Source: Klebsormidium nitens
Taxonomy: Eukaryota > Plantae > Klebsormidiophyceae
Direction: 5' to 3'
NCBI GenBank assembly: GCA_000708835.1
Contig: DF237159.1
Span: forward strand, 2,466 to 57,547
Length of the DNA stretch: 55,082 nucleotides
In this document: positions 1 to 12,300 of the stretch, piece by piece
Layout: the number at the start of each line of letters is the position of its first letter
Position numbering within the stretch: the first letter of the stretch is position 1
Notes under the pieces: model-generated
Database searches by the model: none
Seen by the model: the letters and a program-made list of their open reading frames with translations, nothing else
What the model was told of the DNA's origin: nothing
Program-made: the position numbers and the translations under genes

Positions 1-1
1 C

Positions 2-3000
2 CTGCTACAATTCCCCCTCGCAACACTCCCCCCCGTCACAATTCCGCCTGCAACGCTTCCCCCTGTTACGAGCGCTCCCTCAACCCTTTCTCCCGTCACA
101 AATCCCCCCGTAACCCTAACCCCAACTCTCGCTCCGATCACATTAGCGCCAACTTTGAGCCCCATTACTCCAGCCCCGACCCTCGCTCCCATAGCCACGA
201 CTGCCCCCTTAACCAAAGCACCGACAATTGCCCCCGTAATAAGCACCGCGGCGCCCATTCCTAAGGTTACCATCCCCACAACACTCGCGCCTAACGCGCC
301 CTTTGTTCCCCCTGCCGCAACACTGCCTTCGACACTAACCCCGCCGCTAACCCCGCCGCTAACCATTCCGCCCGCGGCCACGGTTGCACCTACCACACCT
401 GTTACGACACCTGTCACACCAACGTCAGTTGTCCCTTCCGGAACCACCGTAACCCCGTCTCTAACCCCCCCCGTAACCACCCCCCCGGTCGTCACCGTCA
501 CGCCTTCCACCCCCCCAGGTTCTGCAGTCGGCGCGACCCCCTCAAACGCGAATCCGGTTTCGGCGACAAATACGAAAAGCAAGAGTTCAAGCTGGATTGT
601 CCCGGTGGCCGCTGGAGGGGGCGCGGGAGTTTTGGGCCTTGTTGCTCTTGGCCTCGTTCTCTGCTGCTGCCTGAATAGAAGGAAGAGAAGCGACAGGCGG
701 GATGAACAGGGCCTCTCGCTGAAGGGGGATTCCTTTGGCAGCGGACAGGGGCCGGTGCTGCCGCTGTATGAGATGAATGGAGGTGGGCTTATCTTTGACG
801 TTCTGCAATCTCGTTTATAGGTTTCCAATCTCATCTTGTTCTCAGAGATTCGTCTTTGCAATGGAGGGATCCCTGGAGGAAAGGGCATTCGACAAACTGG
901 ACAGTTGAAAGAAGTAAATTGTTGGTTGGGAGTTTCACATTTGTTCGTAGTCCCTCGAATTTCCAAAGCAGTTTGTTTTTGGCACTCAGGTTGTTGTTGA
1001 CTTGCCGCACTCCAATTAAAATATTGTATCAGTTCAGTGGGGCTGCTGATATGGCTACGCTTTTCCACGATTGAAAAAGTTGAACCTTCTTGACTTGAGC
1101 GTCAACTTGGGAGTGCAATCGAAATCAGAGACTATCTGCTAACTGAAGCAGGCTGAGATGCGACTCATTTTATACTATTTACCTTTCCTTTTCTGTTCAT
1201 GATCCATCAAAATCTACACCAGTTGTTTGGGGTACTCTGGAGGTTATTGACCTGCCGAACTGGATCAACATGTTGTACCTTGTCGGAGGGGCTGCAGATA
1301 CGGCTACGCTACTTTGTGAAGCAAAAACTCGTATCTACTGGACTTGAGCGCCAACTTAAAAAGTGTAGAGTCTGCTTGGCTGATGAAAGCAGCTCGAGAT
1401 GTGGACTCAACCTAATTTTCCCCTCTCAAGTTTGTGTTATTGATATTAAGTTGAAGCCTTTGTTGTTGTCACGGAAAGCGACCTTTTGTTTCCTCTCCCT
1501 TTGAGTGATCGGGGTGAAGGCCTCTCTTACAATCTACAATGTCGGTCTAGACCTTTTGCCCGTATTGCCCTTAAAGACCCCCGCTTGCCTCTTCAAGGCC
1601 AGTCCTTGTGTAGATTCAAATGTGCTTTAGCAAGCCCAAGAACACTCGCTACTCAAACCGACGAGAGGCATGCGACCTCTTGAATCAAACGTTGTCTGCT
1701 GGCTCACGGCTCCTCCCCTCTCCCCTGCCGCAGGTTTCCGCAGCTCTCGTGCATCCAATCGCCCCCACTCAAGCCAGACCCCCCGTGCCTCCTTAGGGCA
1801 GACAGGCGCTTCTGCGAGCGCTTACCCCGTTTCGGGGGGGAGCACCTCTTCCCGAGGGAGCCGGGAAACCGGAACGACGGCTGGCAGTTCGCGGGTTCGC
1901 CCTTACTCGCTCCAGGTTAGTAATTAACCCTCAAGGGTCACTGAAGGGGTCTGTTTTGTCCGACTTCGAGATTGAAGAAGACTCTGTTTGTATATCGTTG
2001 TTCCAAGTCGCGGAGAGATGTTGAGATTTCAACCGTTTGCGTGTTTGAGTTTCTGTGCTTTAAAAACAGCTTTTCGCAAAGCAGACGGAGCTTGCTTGGT
2101 TCTGTATACTGTCTATGTTGCCGCTGTGGGATGCGAAAGGTTTTTAGATGGATGTTTAAACGGCTCAATTTGACGTGAGTCTCCGCATACAGAAAAGGTT
2201 ATCCAACAAGAAGTGAGTCCTCTCTCATCTACTGTATGCACACTTTTCTGGAGATGCAAGTCTTCTGCAAGATTCAAAAGAGGTGACCTTTTCCTCGATA
2301 TCCAGTGGACTTTGCTTCAATAGGTACAAAATAACGTTTCTTCTTTTGTGCAGGAACTCACAGACATGAAAGTTGTACAATTCTTAAAGGGTCAATGCCT
2401 TAGACGAGGTAACCGGACGGTCTTTTCTTGTGCAGAAAGTCAAACACGGACCCTTTCCCTGAATCTCAACGGACCAAGAAATAATCAAAATACGATTTTC
2501 TGCTGTGCTGAAACTCAGAAAGGCGACCTTTTCTTTCCTTTTCAATGGACCAATGCTTCGGAAGGCACAAAAACACGTTCTTTCCTTGTGCAGGAATTAA
2601 GACAGGCGACCCTTTCTCCGATTTCCAATGGACCAGATCAGCTTTTCTTTTGCGCAGGAACTTAAGAGAGGCGACCCTTTCCCACTTCCCAATGGACTCC
2701 CGAACTGCAACATACCAAGGCTTCAGAAGAGATAAATGGACGTACTTTTTTAGCGCAGTAACTGTAACAGGCAACCCTTTCCTCATATTGCAATAATTCA
2801 AAAAGGACAGACGGACGGTCTTCTCTAGTGCAGGAACTTAGAGAGGCGACTCTTTTTCCCATCCCCCGTGCTTTAGAAAGAACAAAACAAACAGACGTTC
2901 TTCTCTTGCGCCCCAAAGAGGTAACCCCTTTCCGACTTCCAGTGAACAAATGCTTCAGAGAGGATGAACAAACGTTCTTTTCTTTTGCAGGAACTCAGGC

Positions 3001-6000
3001 AGGCTACCAATGACTTTGATTCTGCCCACAAGCTGGGCGCCGGTGGTTTCGGGACAGTGTACCGGGGCGTTCTGCCTAGCGGGAAAGAGATTGCGGTGAA
3101 GCGGTCGGGGCAAGGGCAAAAGGACTACAGACAGTTCCGCAATGAGGTGAGGGAATTTAGCGGGAGAGTTTTGGGGCTTCGATCTGTTTTGGGCTGCTTT
3201 CGGGAAGGGTGATTCGTCTTTCTGCTGCGTTTCGACTCTCTTTCTCAGCAGTCAGGCACGTGCGCGCAACTTGGAAATCAGCTCCGAAGTAGTGTACACG
3301 CCAAGGAAGGCGAGAAGACTCTCTTTAATGTAAGGTTACCTTGCGCCCCCTCGCTTTGTCAGCTGGATTTGAGACGCCTGGTCCAGCTTTCCACATTCTG
3401 CTACCCGTTGCATATGGTTTCTCGTTGGCCAGGCGCGGATTCAGCACTTACGATTCCTGAGAAGTGCTTCGAAACGTTTAAATTGCACGTTGATTAACGC
3501 GGTTCCACAGATTCTACCTGCCACGTGGAGCTTCTGAGCCGACTTATTCCGGCACATCGGGAGTTCGGCTTTACAAAACAGAACTAAAGTAGAACACTTC
3601 CGCAATCGTTCAGAATCTGAACCCCGGTTTCTGCTTTTCAGGTGGAGCTCCTGAGCCGCCTTCACCACCGGCACTTGGTTGGACTCCTCGGTTTTTGCGA
3701 CGACGACGATGAACAGATGCTGGTCTACGAATTTATGGCCAACGGGGCAATTACCGAACACTTCAAAGGTAAGCGCGCTCTACGTGTTCTTTGTTTAGTG
3801 TGTCCCTGGTTATGGTCCTTTTTGCGTGTTTTTGTACTGTCCCAGTCCGGGTTCGGGGATTGTCGCGCAGACGGTCTACGAGTGCATGGCAACGGAGCCA
3901 TCGCCGAACACTTGAAGCGTGAGCGCACTTTTTGCTGGTTATGGTCCTTTTTGCGTCTTTTCAGATGTGCTATTCCGGATTCGAGGATAGCCGCGCAGAT
4001 GCTGGTGTACGAGTTGTTGGCCAACGGGGCAATCACCGAACAACTCAACCGTGAGCGCGCTTTTCGATGTTGGCGAGTTGCTGGCGCTTTGCGACCAGCA
4101 CCTCGCACCGCCTAGGAACGCATTTTGACACGATTTTCTAAAATCGCCAACTGCCTCGAGCAGCTTCAGGTCCCACACCTTGATTGGCAGTTTCTCCCGT
4201 GATGTCAGATTCAATGTGCTCACGGATTCAAAGGACTCCCACGCACAAACCAGGCCGCCTCCGATTCAAAGGTTGACCAGGCCTCCCTTTGCCTTCTGTC
4301 TGTTGACGGTCAGAGTTGAGCAAGGAACGAGCGGCTTAGAAAGAGAAGCGGAACAGAGCCTTGAAATGCTCGTTCTTTTCAGCCGAGAAGGCGACCCTTT
4401 CCTGACAGTCCCGTCTCGCAGTCGCCCCCAGCTCCGCCCGGGGGTTCGACTACCTGCACTGTTGGGGCAAGTCCATAGTACTCCGAGCAGAACGAAGCAG
4501 GATGCTAACGATAGTATTCTGCAGATGTTTCGAACGTAGGTGTCTCTCTTTGCAGCGGAAAAAGCGACCCTTTCTTGGCAGTCCCGCCTACGGTCGCCCC
4601 TGATTTCGCCCAGGGACTCAATTATCTACACAAGTGGGCATCTCTCAGAATATTTTTCAAGCAAACAGGGACAGACGGGGCAGAGTTAGACTTCAGAGAA
4701 CTCTTCAATACGTCCACGTAATTTCTGCAGCGGTAAGGGCGACCCTCTTCTGACAATCCCGCCTTATGGTCGCCCTCGGTTCCGCGCAGGGCCTCGACTA
4801 CCAGCATACAGTCGGACGGATCCAAAGATGCCTTTTGGATAGGAGCAAAGCAGTATTCTGGACGCCTTGAAACATGCACGTCTTTTTGCAGCGGAAAGGG
4901 CGACCCTCTCCTGGCAGTCCCGCCTTATGGTCGCCCTCGGCTCCGCGCGGGGGCTCGACTATCTGCACAATTGGGCGGACCCTCCGATCGTGCACCGGGA
5001 CGTAAAGAGCGACAACATTCTGCTGGATGCGGACTTTAGCGCCAAGGTGGCCGACTTTGGGCTCTCGCGCCTGACGCCAACGGCTCAGACGATGACTATG
5101 TCCGGCGTGAAGGGGACTTTTGGTAAGCTTTTGCGCAAAAACTCCTAGGTTTCGTCAAGCCTGAAGTTCTGAGCCCTTGCTCTTTCCCTTCGAATTTCAC
5201 TCAGCAACGGTGCTCCAAAGGCGACGACCTTGAGCTATTGCGCCTGCCGCACCCGAGCAGACGGACTATGTCCGGCGTTGAAAGCGACTTTCGGTGTGCA
5301 AACATGCGAATCGGTCTGGTCTTGGACATGTCCGGTCCTTCATCTGTGTTCGAACGCCCGCTGTAGAAAGTCTTGACTCACTAAGGTGGCACCACAGTCC
5401 GGCGTTCCAGTCCAGTAAACGAGCGTCATGGTTTGCGACTTGAGAAACTCTCGGTGCACGCTAGTTTGCAGAACCGTAAACCTCCTAAGGAAATTCAAAA
5501 TGCGAATATCCTCTAAAAAAATGTCAAAGCGGTTTCGGCGGACGTGACTCAGTGACCGGAGATACGCCTTTCGTGTCGTCTGTAAGGCCACTTGCCGTTG
5601 GAGTCGCAGCGACACACAGTCGACGTCTGTACTTGAGGTGTCGCCGCAAGGTCACTTGGATCAATCTTTTCGACTCGCACATTCCTCTTCGGGCGTTCAA
5701 AGGCAGCCATGTCAGCCCCGATGTCAAGCTCATCAGCCCCGATATCAAGTCCGTGTGATTCGCAGCGACAAGAAACGGCCGCAGGCAAGCTTTACATTTG
5801 CCGTTTCTTTGTACGCCCTTTTAAAGTAACAATCAACTCACGACCTGTCCCCTTTCTGTGCAGGTTATATCGACCCTAACTATGCGGCCGGTCAGCCCCT
5901 AACCAAGAAGAGCGACGTGTATTCTTTCGGCGTGGTGCTTCTGCAACTGGTGTCGGGAAGACTGGCGGTCGATCTCACTCGGCCGCAAGCAGAGTGGAGC

Positions 6001-7216
6001 CTCGTGGAATGGGTGAGGGTTTGCGCACCTTTTGATTCAAAGTGGTCTTCAGTGGAAGATAGTGGACCGGAATTCCGCCATCATTCCAACGGCTGTCGTC
6101 CTACGTCTGCCCGCGTTCTCATCTGCTGCTCTTTGTCTGCGGTTTGATTAGATTGGGAAAGTCCGCGGTCTGTCAAAACCCTTTCTCAACAGCTCCTCCC
6201 GTTCATCTTTTCATGTCCTTCTTGTTTCTGTTATTGGATTGGCACGGCGTGTTCTGTTGATTCCCACGTGCAAACCTTAAAACATCCGTTGTCTTCCCTT
6301 CTGGCCCGCTCGTTGACCTTTTGGGGAACGGTGCGTTCGGTATACATGTAACTTGCAAAGTAGAAGGCTCTTTACACAACTGAGTGCCTTGTTGCGACTC
6401 GACACTTCTCTTCAAGAGCACAGCTGACTGGAGAACAGTGCAAAGTAGGGTTCTGATCCAGGCCCTTCATTTCCGGACGGAGAAGCGGCGAGAGGGACAC
6501 GGGCACTGAATATAAAGCCAAGCCTCTCAGAAGATGGAAGCACGCATCCCCAAGCTCCCTGCCCTTGACTGCCGTTTTCTGCAACGCCTCATCCGTCTTT
6601 CCTGAGCGGAATCCTTTGTCGAAAATTGCTGCCCTTGTAAAACTGCTCACGGCAAAGCTCCGTCTCTTTCCAGGCCCGCCCGTTCCTACACGAGAAGCGG
6701 TACACCCCTCTCGTCGACCCGCGCATGGGAGACTATAACGTCGAAGATTTGGCGACGCTCTGTGCGCTCATCGGACGCATGCTCTCCCGGCAAGCGTCCG
6801 CGCGTCCGCCCATGTCGGAAGTCGTTCGTGCGATTGAACGGCTGGTGGCGTCCGATGCCGAGCAATCGACGGCTTTCGAGCCAGCGTACAACGAGGAGGA
6901 ACCGGCGCCGTTGGATCTGAGCCACTTTTCGTACAACTCCTCCGCACAGGGGTCGGAAGGAACTAGATCAAGCGGGAGCTCGGGGTATGCCACGTCAGCG
7001 GGGTTCCCTACGTCAGCACGGACGATGAGGGACGTCACGAGGTCGAGCATGGGGAGCGCCAATCCGCGATCAAGGGGTGGGGATCTAAGGTCCTCAAGGG
7101 CATCCGATGGTCGCAGTTCAGGCACGCGGCAGGAGGGGAGTGGAGAGTTTTTGACTCAGCCGCCAAATGTGATGTTCACACGGTTGCAAGAGAGCAGGTT
7201 ATACGAGGGAAGATAA
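2..7216 (+). CDS. Receptor-like Ser/Thr kinase (RLK/Pelle) with Pro/Thr-rich extensin/PERK-like ectodomain and one TM helix; 5' end lies outside the window
   Basis: Exons: <2-782, 1734-1915, 2991-3146, 3642-3768, 4892-5122, 5864-6012, 6674-7216, all GT-AG with matching phases. Motifs: P/T-rich repeats, TM ([27 protein letters not shown]) followed by [65 protein letters not shown]. Confidence 0.93.
2255..2940 (+). repeat. Degenerate ~80-bp tandem array in RLK intron 2 resembling the acceptor site and start of the next exon
   Basis: About 8 units like ttcttttgtgcaggaact..aggcgaccctttc (near 2341, 2425, 2500, 2581, 2645, 2746, 2821, 2900) versus the real junction tcttttgcag|gaactcaggcaggctacc at 2990/2991. 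Confidence 0.8.
3860..4065 (+). repeat. Two degenerate copies of the RLK exon-4 3' end plus donor site
   Basis: gcagacggtctacgagtgcatggcaacggagccatcgccgaacacttgaagcgtgagcgc (~3868) and gcagatgctggtgtacgagttgttggccaacggggcaatcaccgaacaactcaaccgtgagcgc (~3995) versus real acagatgctggtctacgaatttatggccaacggggcaattaccgaacacttcaaag|gtaagcgc. Confidence 0.9.
4372..4825 (+). repeat. Three degenerate ~170-bp-period copies of the RLK exon-5 acceptor plus first ~85 nt
   Basis: Copies at ~4373, ~4548, ~4722 of tttgcag|cggaaagggcgaccctctcctggcagtcccgccttatggtcgccctcggctccgcgcgggggctcgactatctgcac (real exon starts 4892). Confidence 0.9.
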
Positions 7217-9388
7217 GATTGTGCCTACTAGATTCTAGCCCCAGAAGTCCACGAAAGCGGACTGTGACCTAGATTTATTGTCATGTGTTGATTGCTAGTA
7301 GCGCAACCGTTTGCATTGAAGACAAGGTCGCCTTTTCACTAGTTGCAACCGTAATCAAGCTTACAAGGCACGTTATGGTGTTAGGTGTTTAAGCCTAGGA
7401 GGATATCATACGCGTGACAATGATACGAAGTGCCCACCGCACCCTCAATAAGTATAGTGGATTGTGTACCGACTGTATCCTGGAAAATCCAATTACAGTA
7501 GAGACGTTAAGTATCGTGACCTAGATGGTGGGAGCTCAGTGGTTGTCAGACCCGTGAAGATGACCGTCAGCTTCTGCTACAAAACCAGACACTAGAGTAC
7601 TTGAGAATGACGGTAGTCAAGTACGACGGTAGTGAAGCAACAACAATTAAGTTAAGTGCATGTATTTTGGGCTTCAAGAAATTTGGAACCCGCACAACTG
7701 GCATGCTAACTAAATGATGGCAGCAATGTACCATCATAGTCAAGGTCCGACGCTCTTATATCATGAACTTACACGCTGTGGTATTTTTTCTTAATCACGG
7801 GCTTCTAAACCTTACGTTATCTTTGCTGCATGCAAAGTTGAAGGGCCAATTCATGTTGAGTGCAAGTAACTTTAAGCTTGGCTGGTCCTCGAATGTCGGT
7901 CGATCACTGCATGCATGACGTACTACCTTAAGATCGTATTAATTAACAATTGGACACGAACCAGATTCAAGTTGTCTCATATATATGGCCGGTCGGACGC
8001 GGTTGCGGTTCACTTATATCGGGCCAACCACGGACTCATCCCAAAATTTGAACATCATGGCGTGAGCCTGCTGGATCGTTGGATAATTTCATTGGCCACC
8101 TGCTCAGGGGCATGCCAGTTGGATGGGATAAGAAAAGCCGGGTACTATGGGTCTCGATCCGACATTGTTAGTCTCTTCTTCATTGATAATTGCCAACATG
8201 TGGTAGCTTCCGTATCATAATCCTCATGTCGACAAGAGTGACTACTACATAGCTGCCGGGGCCGACTCCGATCACATGATGGTGCCTCATCGTGGATCGC
8301 AAGGGAATCTTTCGTATGCATGCAACGTACATATACTACTGCTCATCATACCCGCCATAATTTGCAAGCATATAGAATAAGTATAGAATATTATTCATGT
8401 TGATTGAATGGCTTTTCGATCTTGCAAGGTATTCATAGGGATATTCAAACGAGTCTGGCAAGAGCATATGACGTTGTTCGTGACCATGTCTCAAGCTGGT
8501 CTTTTTATTTCTTCGCACGCGGCCTGATTGAAGAGCGAGTCTTTCATGCATCATTGAGCATACAATTCTGAGGGTTTGATCCTTCTACTCATATCACGCG
8601 TACACGCGGATCCTATGGTGCGCGTTTTGACCTCAGCAACAAATGGAGAACTTATGGCCTTCCATGCACCTTCCATGAGGCTCAGCTTGAAGCTATGATG
8701 CTAGCTATGATGCTGCTATCCACATTGCAAGCTAGAATAGTTGTTTAAGTTGTTGTCTGATCGGATGCGACTTGAAATTTTATACGACCCTTGTCATCTG
8801 CGTGGCCATTCAATGGCAGAGGCTCTCATCCTCTCAAAATAGGTAGGTACCTACGTCAGATTTTCATGTCTGTACGGTCAGGGTAGACAGTGACTGGCCG
8901 GTGCACATGGTCTAGACTCTAGCCTACATGGTATTACAGTCACGTCACCGGTCACCAAACCAGTCAACTTAACCCAGAAATCTGATGACCGTTGGTCGAA
9001 GAACGTGTTCCCGGAGCCGTACGATCCTTTTGTACGGTCGAGATTACTCGGAAGAAGGTAAGGTACATCCTGGTATGATTCAAGTCAGGCCACACGCAGC
9101 CTGCTCGTGTCTGCGAAACCGGGTTTGAGATTGTGGTTCAGAATGCGGTTCCCACTTTACAGCAAAAAGCAACACAGGAGTGGCAGAAAGTGCAGCTTTT
9201 GAGGCTGTGACTGGCTGTGACTCCTCTCTGGAAAGGGACTCTTTCCGAAGGTGCCGCATTCGCCTTCTTTGTGGTTGCATGAGTCTCCCTTCCACCTGCA
9301 ACAACCTGGAAGAGACCTTTTACGAGTCAATGTGGGTTTGATTTGGCACCATCTATCGTCGTAGCTTACGCTAGACGGGCCCCCAGCC

Positions 9389-12300
9389 ATGGCGGCTGCC
9401 CTGGTGAAGTCACAGTTCTACTGGCCCGGGCACTTGGTTCGACAGCCCTCAAACAACCACCAGCACACTGGAAGGATCCAAGCTAGTCTGCACAATGCAG
9501 GTCCCGTACCCACTCCATCTGCTCAGAGAGCACCACAGAAGGCCGCTGCCACTGAGAAGCCGCTACAAAGCCAGGAGAGAAAGGACAATGCAGCCATGCA
9601 AACGAAGGACCTCAAGCTAGTAACACCTTCAGAAGCAAGGGATGAGGCATCCAAGAAGCGAGCACCTCTCATTAGTCGGGAAAGAGTGAACCACCAGGGA
9701 AGGAGGAGTCTGCTTACCAAAGGCCTGATGGCGGCAGCATTGTGCCCTCTCTGTTCAGACTTGCAACACGCATCAGCTGCAGAGTGGGGCTATGGCGGGC
9801 CTGCGGGGCCGCTGAGATGGGGTGGCTTTTGTATACTAGGGAGACAGCAGTCGCCGATCGACATGCCTGTGAAAGGCACTTCATACAGGCCTGACACATT
9901 CGGCAAGCTGCAGTTCGACTACCATGCCGCTGACGTCAACATTCTAAACACGGGACACGGCACAATGCAGGTAAGCAAGACCTGCATTTCTGTCGTCAGC
10001 TTCAGATTACATTCCCTGGTGTTTTGTTGCTTACGAAGGCACTCAATGGGTCACAATGACCTCAATGGATATAGTGTCAAGAGGTGGCCAGGAGAGTTAG
10101 CAACCTGCCAGAAAGAAGAAGCATGCAAGCGACTGCACCTTCCCTCCAGGTTGACTGCAGCGTTACCAAATGCAGGAATCTTCAGTGTAGTTTTCCGGAC
10201 TCTCAGCTTGCTGTCGTGTTTGGCTTCCCCTGTTTGTTGAATCGCTGCTTTCAAAAAGGAGACGGAAATTGACGTGCAATGTTATTCTCACCCTGGAAGC
10301 TCACCAGGAGTTTCGATCGCCTCTCAGCACATGCCTCCTAAGTCTTACCTGAATTCTCTCAAGATGATCCGAAGCGAAGAACTACCTGGCTAATGTGCGC
10401 CACCGTTCGGCCATGTGCACTTCCAACCTGCGCGCTCGTATGCTTAGGGATCCACCATGATGCGGTCACTGAACCTCGGATGACATCACATCAGTGGCGT
10501 AGCAGTCTCATCACGATGCGCTCAGTGACGTTCTTTCCTCCCCGTCCAGGTCAACTTTCCGGCCGGGAGCAGCACATTGAGAGTGGGAAAAAGGACGCTG
10601 GACCTCCTCCAGTTCCACTTCCACAGCCCCAGCGAGCACGCTGTTGACGGAGAGCGGTTTGATATGGAGGCGCACATGGTGCACAGTGAGCTGTCTGTGA
10701 CCTATCATACACTATCCATCTTACCACCTGTTCATGAGAGCAGGCCTGAGTTTGCAGCAAACGGGCATTTTACTCTGGAGGTGTTAAGGAGCTCTTGCGC
10801 CTGCTGGTCAGATGCAGGACTCCTTGTCTTCTCCCAATTCATATCAGATGAAGCACATCAACAGGCTTCACATGGAAGAATTGTCTCAGCAAACAGGTTG
10901 TGTGGTGGTTGAACACAGGGTCTGTCTTTGCAATCATTGTTGTGCGTACGTCGCTGCTATGGCTGACTCAGCAGTCCGCTTTGTGCAGAGGATCGTGAAA
11001 CCGGGACCCTAGCTGTTGTTGGGTGAGTCCTGTCCTCCCATCTGATTTGGTAAAACAGCCTCTGTTGTGAGTGAGCAGGTGCCGGCAGCCATCTTCTGTC
11101 CAATCACTTTTAATAGAGGCAGGGCTTCTCTTGACCTTTCGCTCATGCATCGCTGCTTATATGCGGCATTTCTTTGAGCTTGCCCGTCAACTGCGGATCT
11201 TCTTCAGAATCTCCATAAACGTCGTTCGCTTTTTCAAACACCAAGATATACTTTCAATAAAGGAAACATATTCAATGTCATGACATTCTTGGGTTATGCT
11301 ACAGGACGCTCCTCCAGGCCGTTCCGGACGTGGAGGCCCTCTTCAACCCGGCCCTTGAAGCAGCACTTCAACTTGCTCCCCGCGAGCACGGAGCTATGAA
11401 GTAAGCTTTGCAAAATCTGCTCTTGTTTGGGGAGGCACCTCAATCACCTGCAGACCGCATTGACATGTGCATGGCTTTCATTGGACACCCTTTTAGGCTG
11501 TTTTGACCCTCGGCTGTTCGTAGGTTCCATGTAGTAGAAGTAACTCCTGTGCTTTCTGACGACTGACAGTGCGTGCTTCCTTTCTTTTCCATTCCCCAAT
11601 TGGGGTCAGGGAGCATCCATCTTGTGAAGTGACAAATATACCTTTGATTTGCATAAACCTTGTAGAGTTGTAGTCAGTTTACTGCAAAGTCTGGCAGTGC
11701 AAGCAGCAGTTGATGAAAAGGTGCTCTTCTTCTGCTCAGTAAATGTACATGATAGCTTCCGAGCCTTCAAGATGATTGTACGAATCCTGGGCGTGCAGTT
11801 ACACAATCTCAAACAGATGTCCTTTGCTTTAAAGCCTTTGGAAAGCTGAATGCTCAAAATCCCGTTGATTGCAGGCCTGCGGCAGTCTGCGCCCCCACTT
11901 GCATCAACGTGAAAGTCTCTGCTGAAGACCTCCTCCCAGTTGTCAGCGACGTAAGTGGCTCTATCCAAGAGTAATTATTTATGTCAGCTGAGATCGTTGT
12001 TACTGACGTCAGAACTCAAGCACCTGCTTTCAGGGTGGAAAGAAGTTCGTTGTGCCTTGCTGTTGCAATTCCCTGCTGTTGACAAAGCCTTGTCCTGTCA
12101 ACCCCCCCTGTCATGTTATGCCGTCTCATGATGAATAGATGCAGAGCAACAATACACAACATCGTCTCAAAAGAAGGGACTCAGGGCAGGGTAAACATGT
12201 GCCCCTTGTCTTTATGGCACCCGTGCGACCTGGCTAATGATCAAACAGCGTTCGTTCAGCAATTCCTTGCTAACATCATCATCAGGCTAGAAGGTACACT

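Noticed and set aside
7217-9388. Intergenic region upstream of the CA gene as a transposon remnant
   Set aside because: No terminal repeats, target-site duplication or transposase/RT motifs that I could identify.
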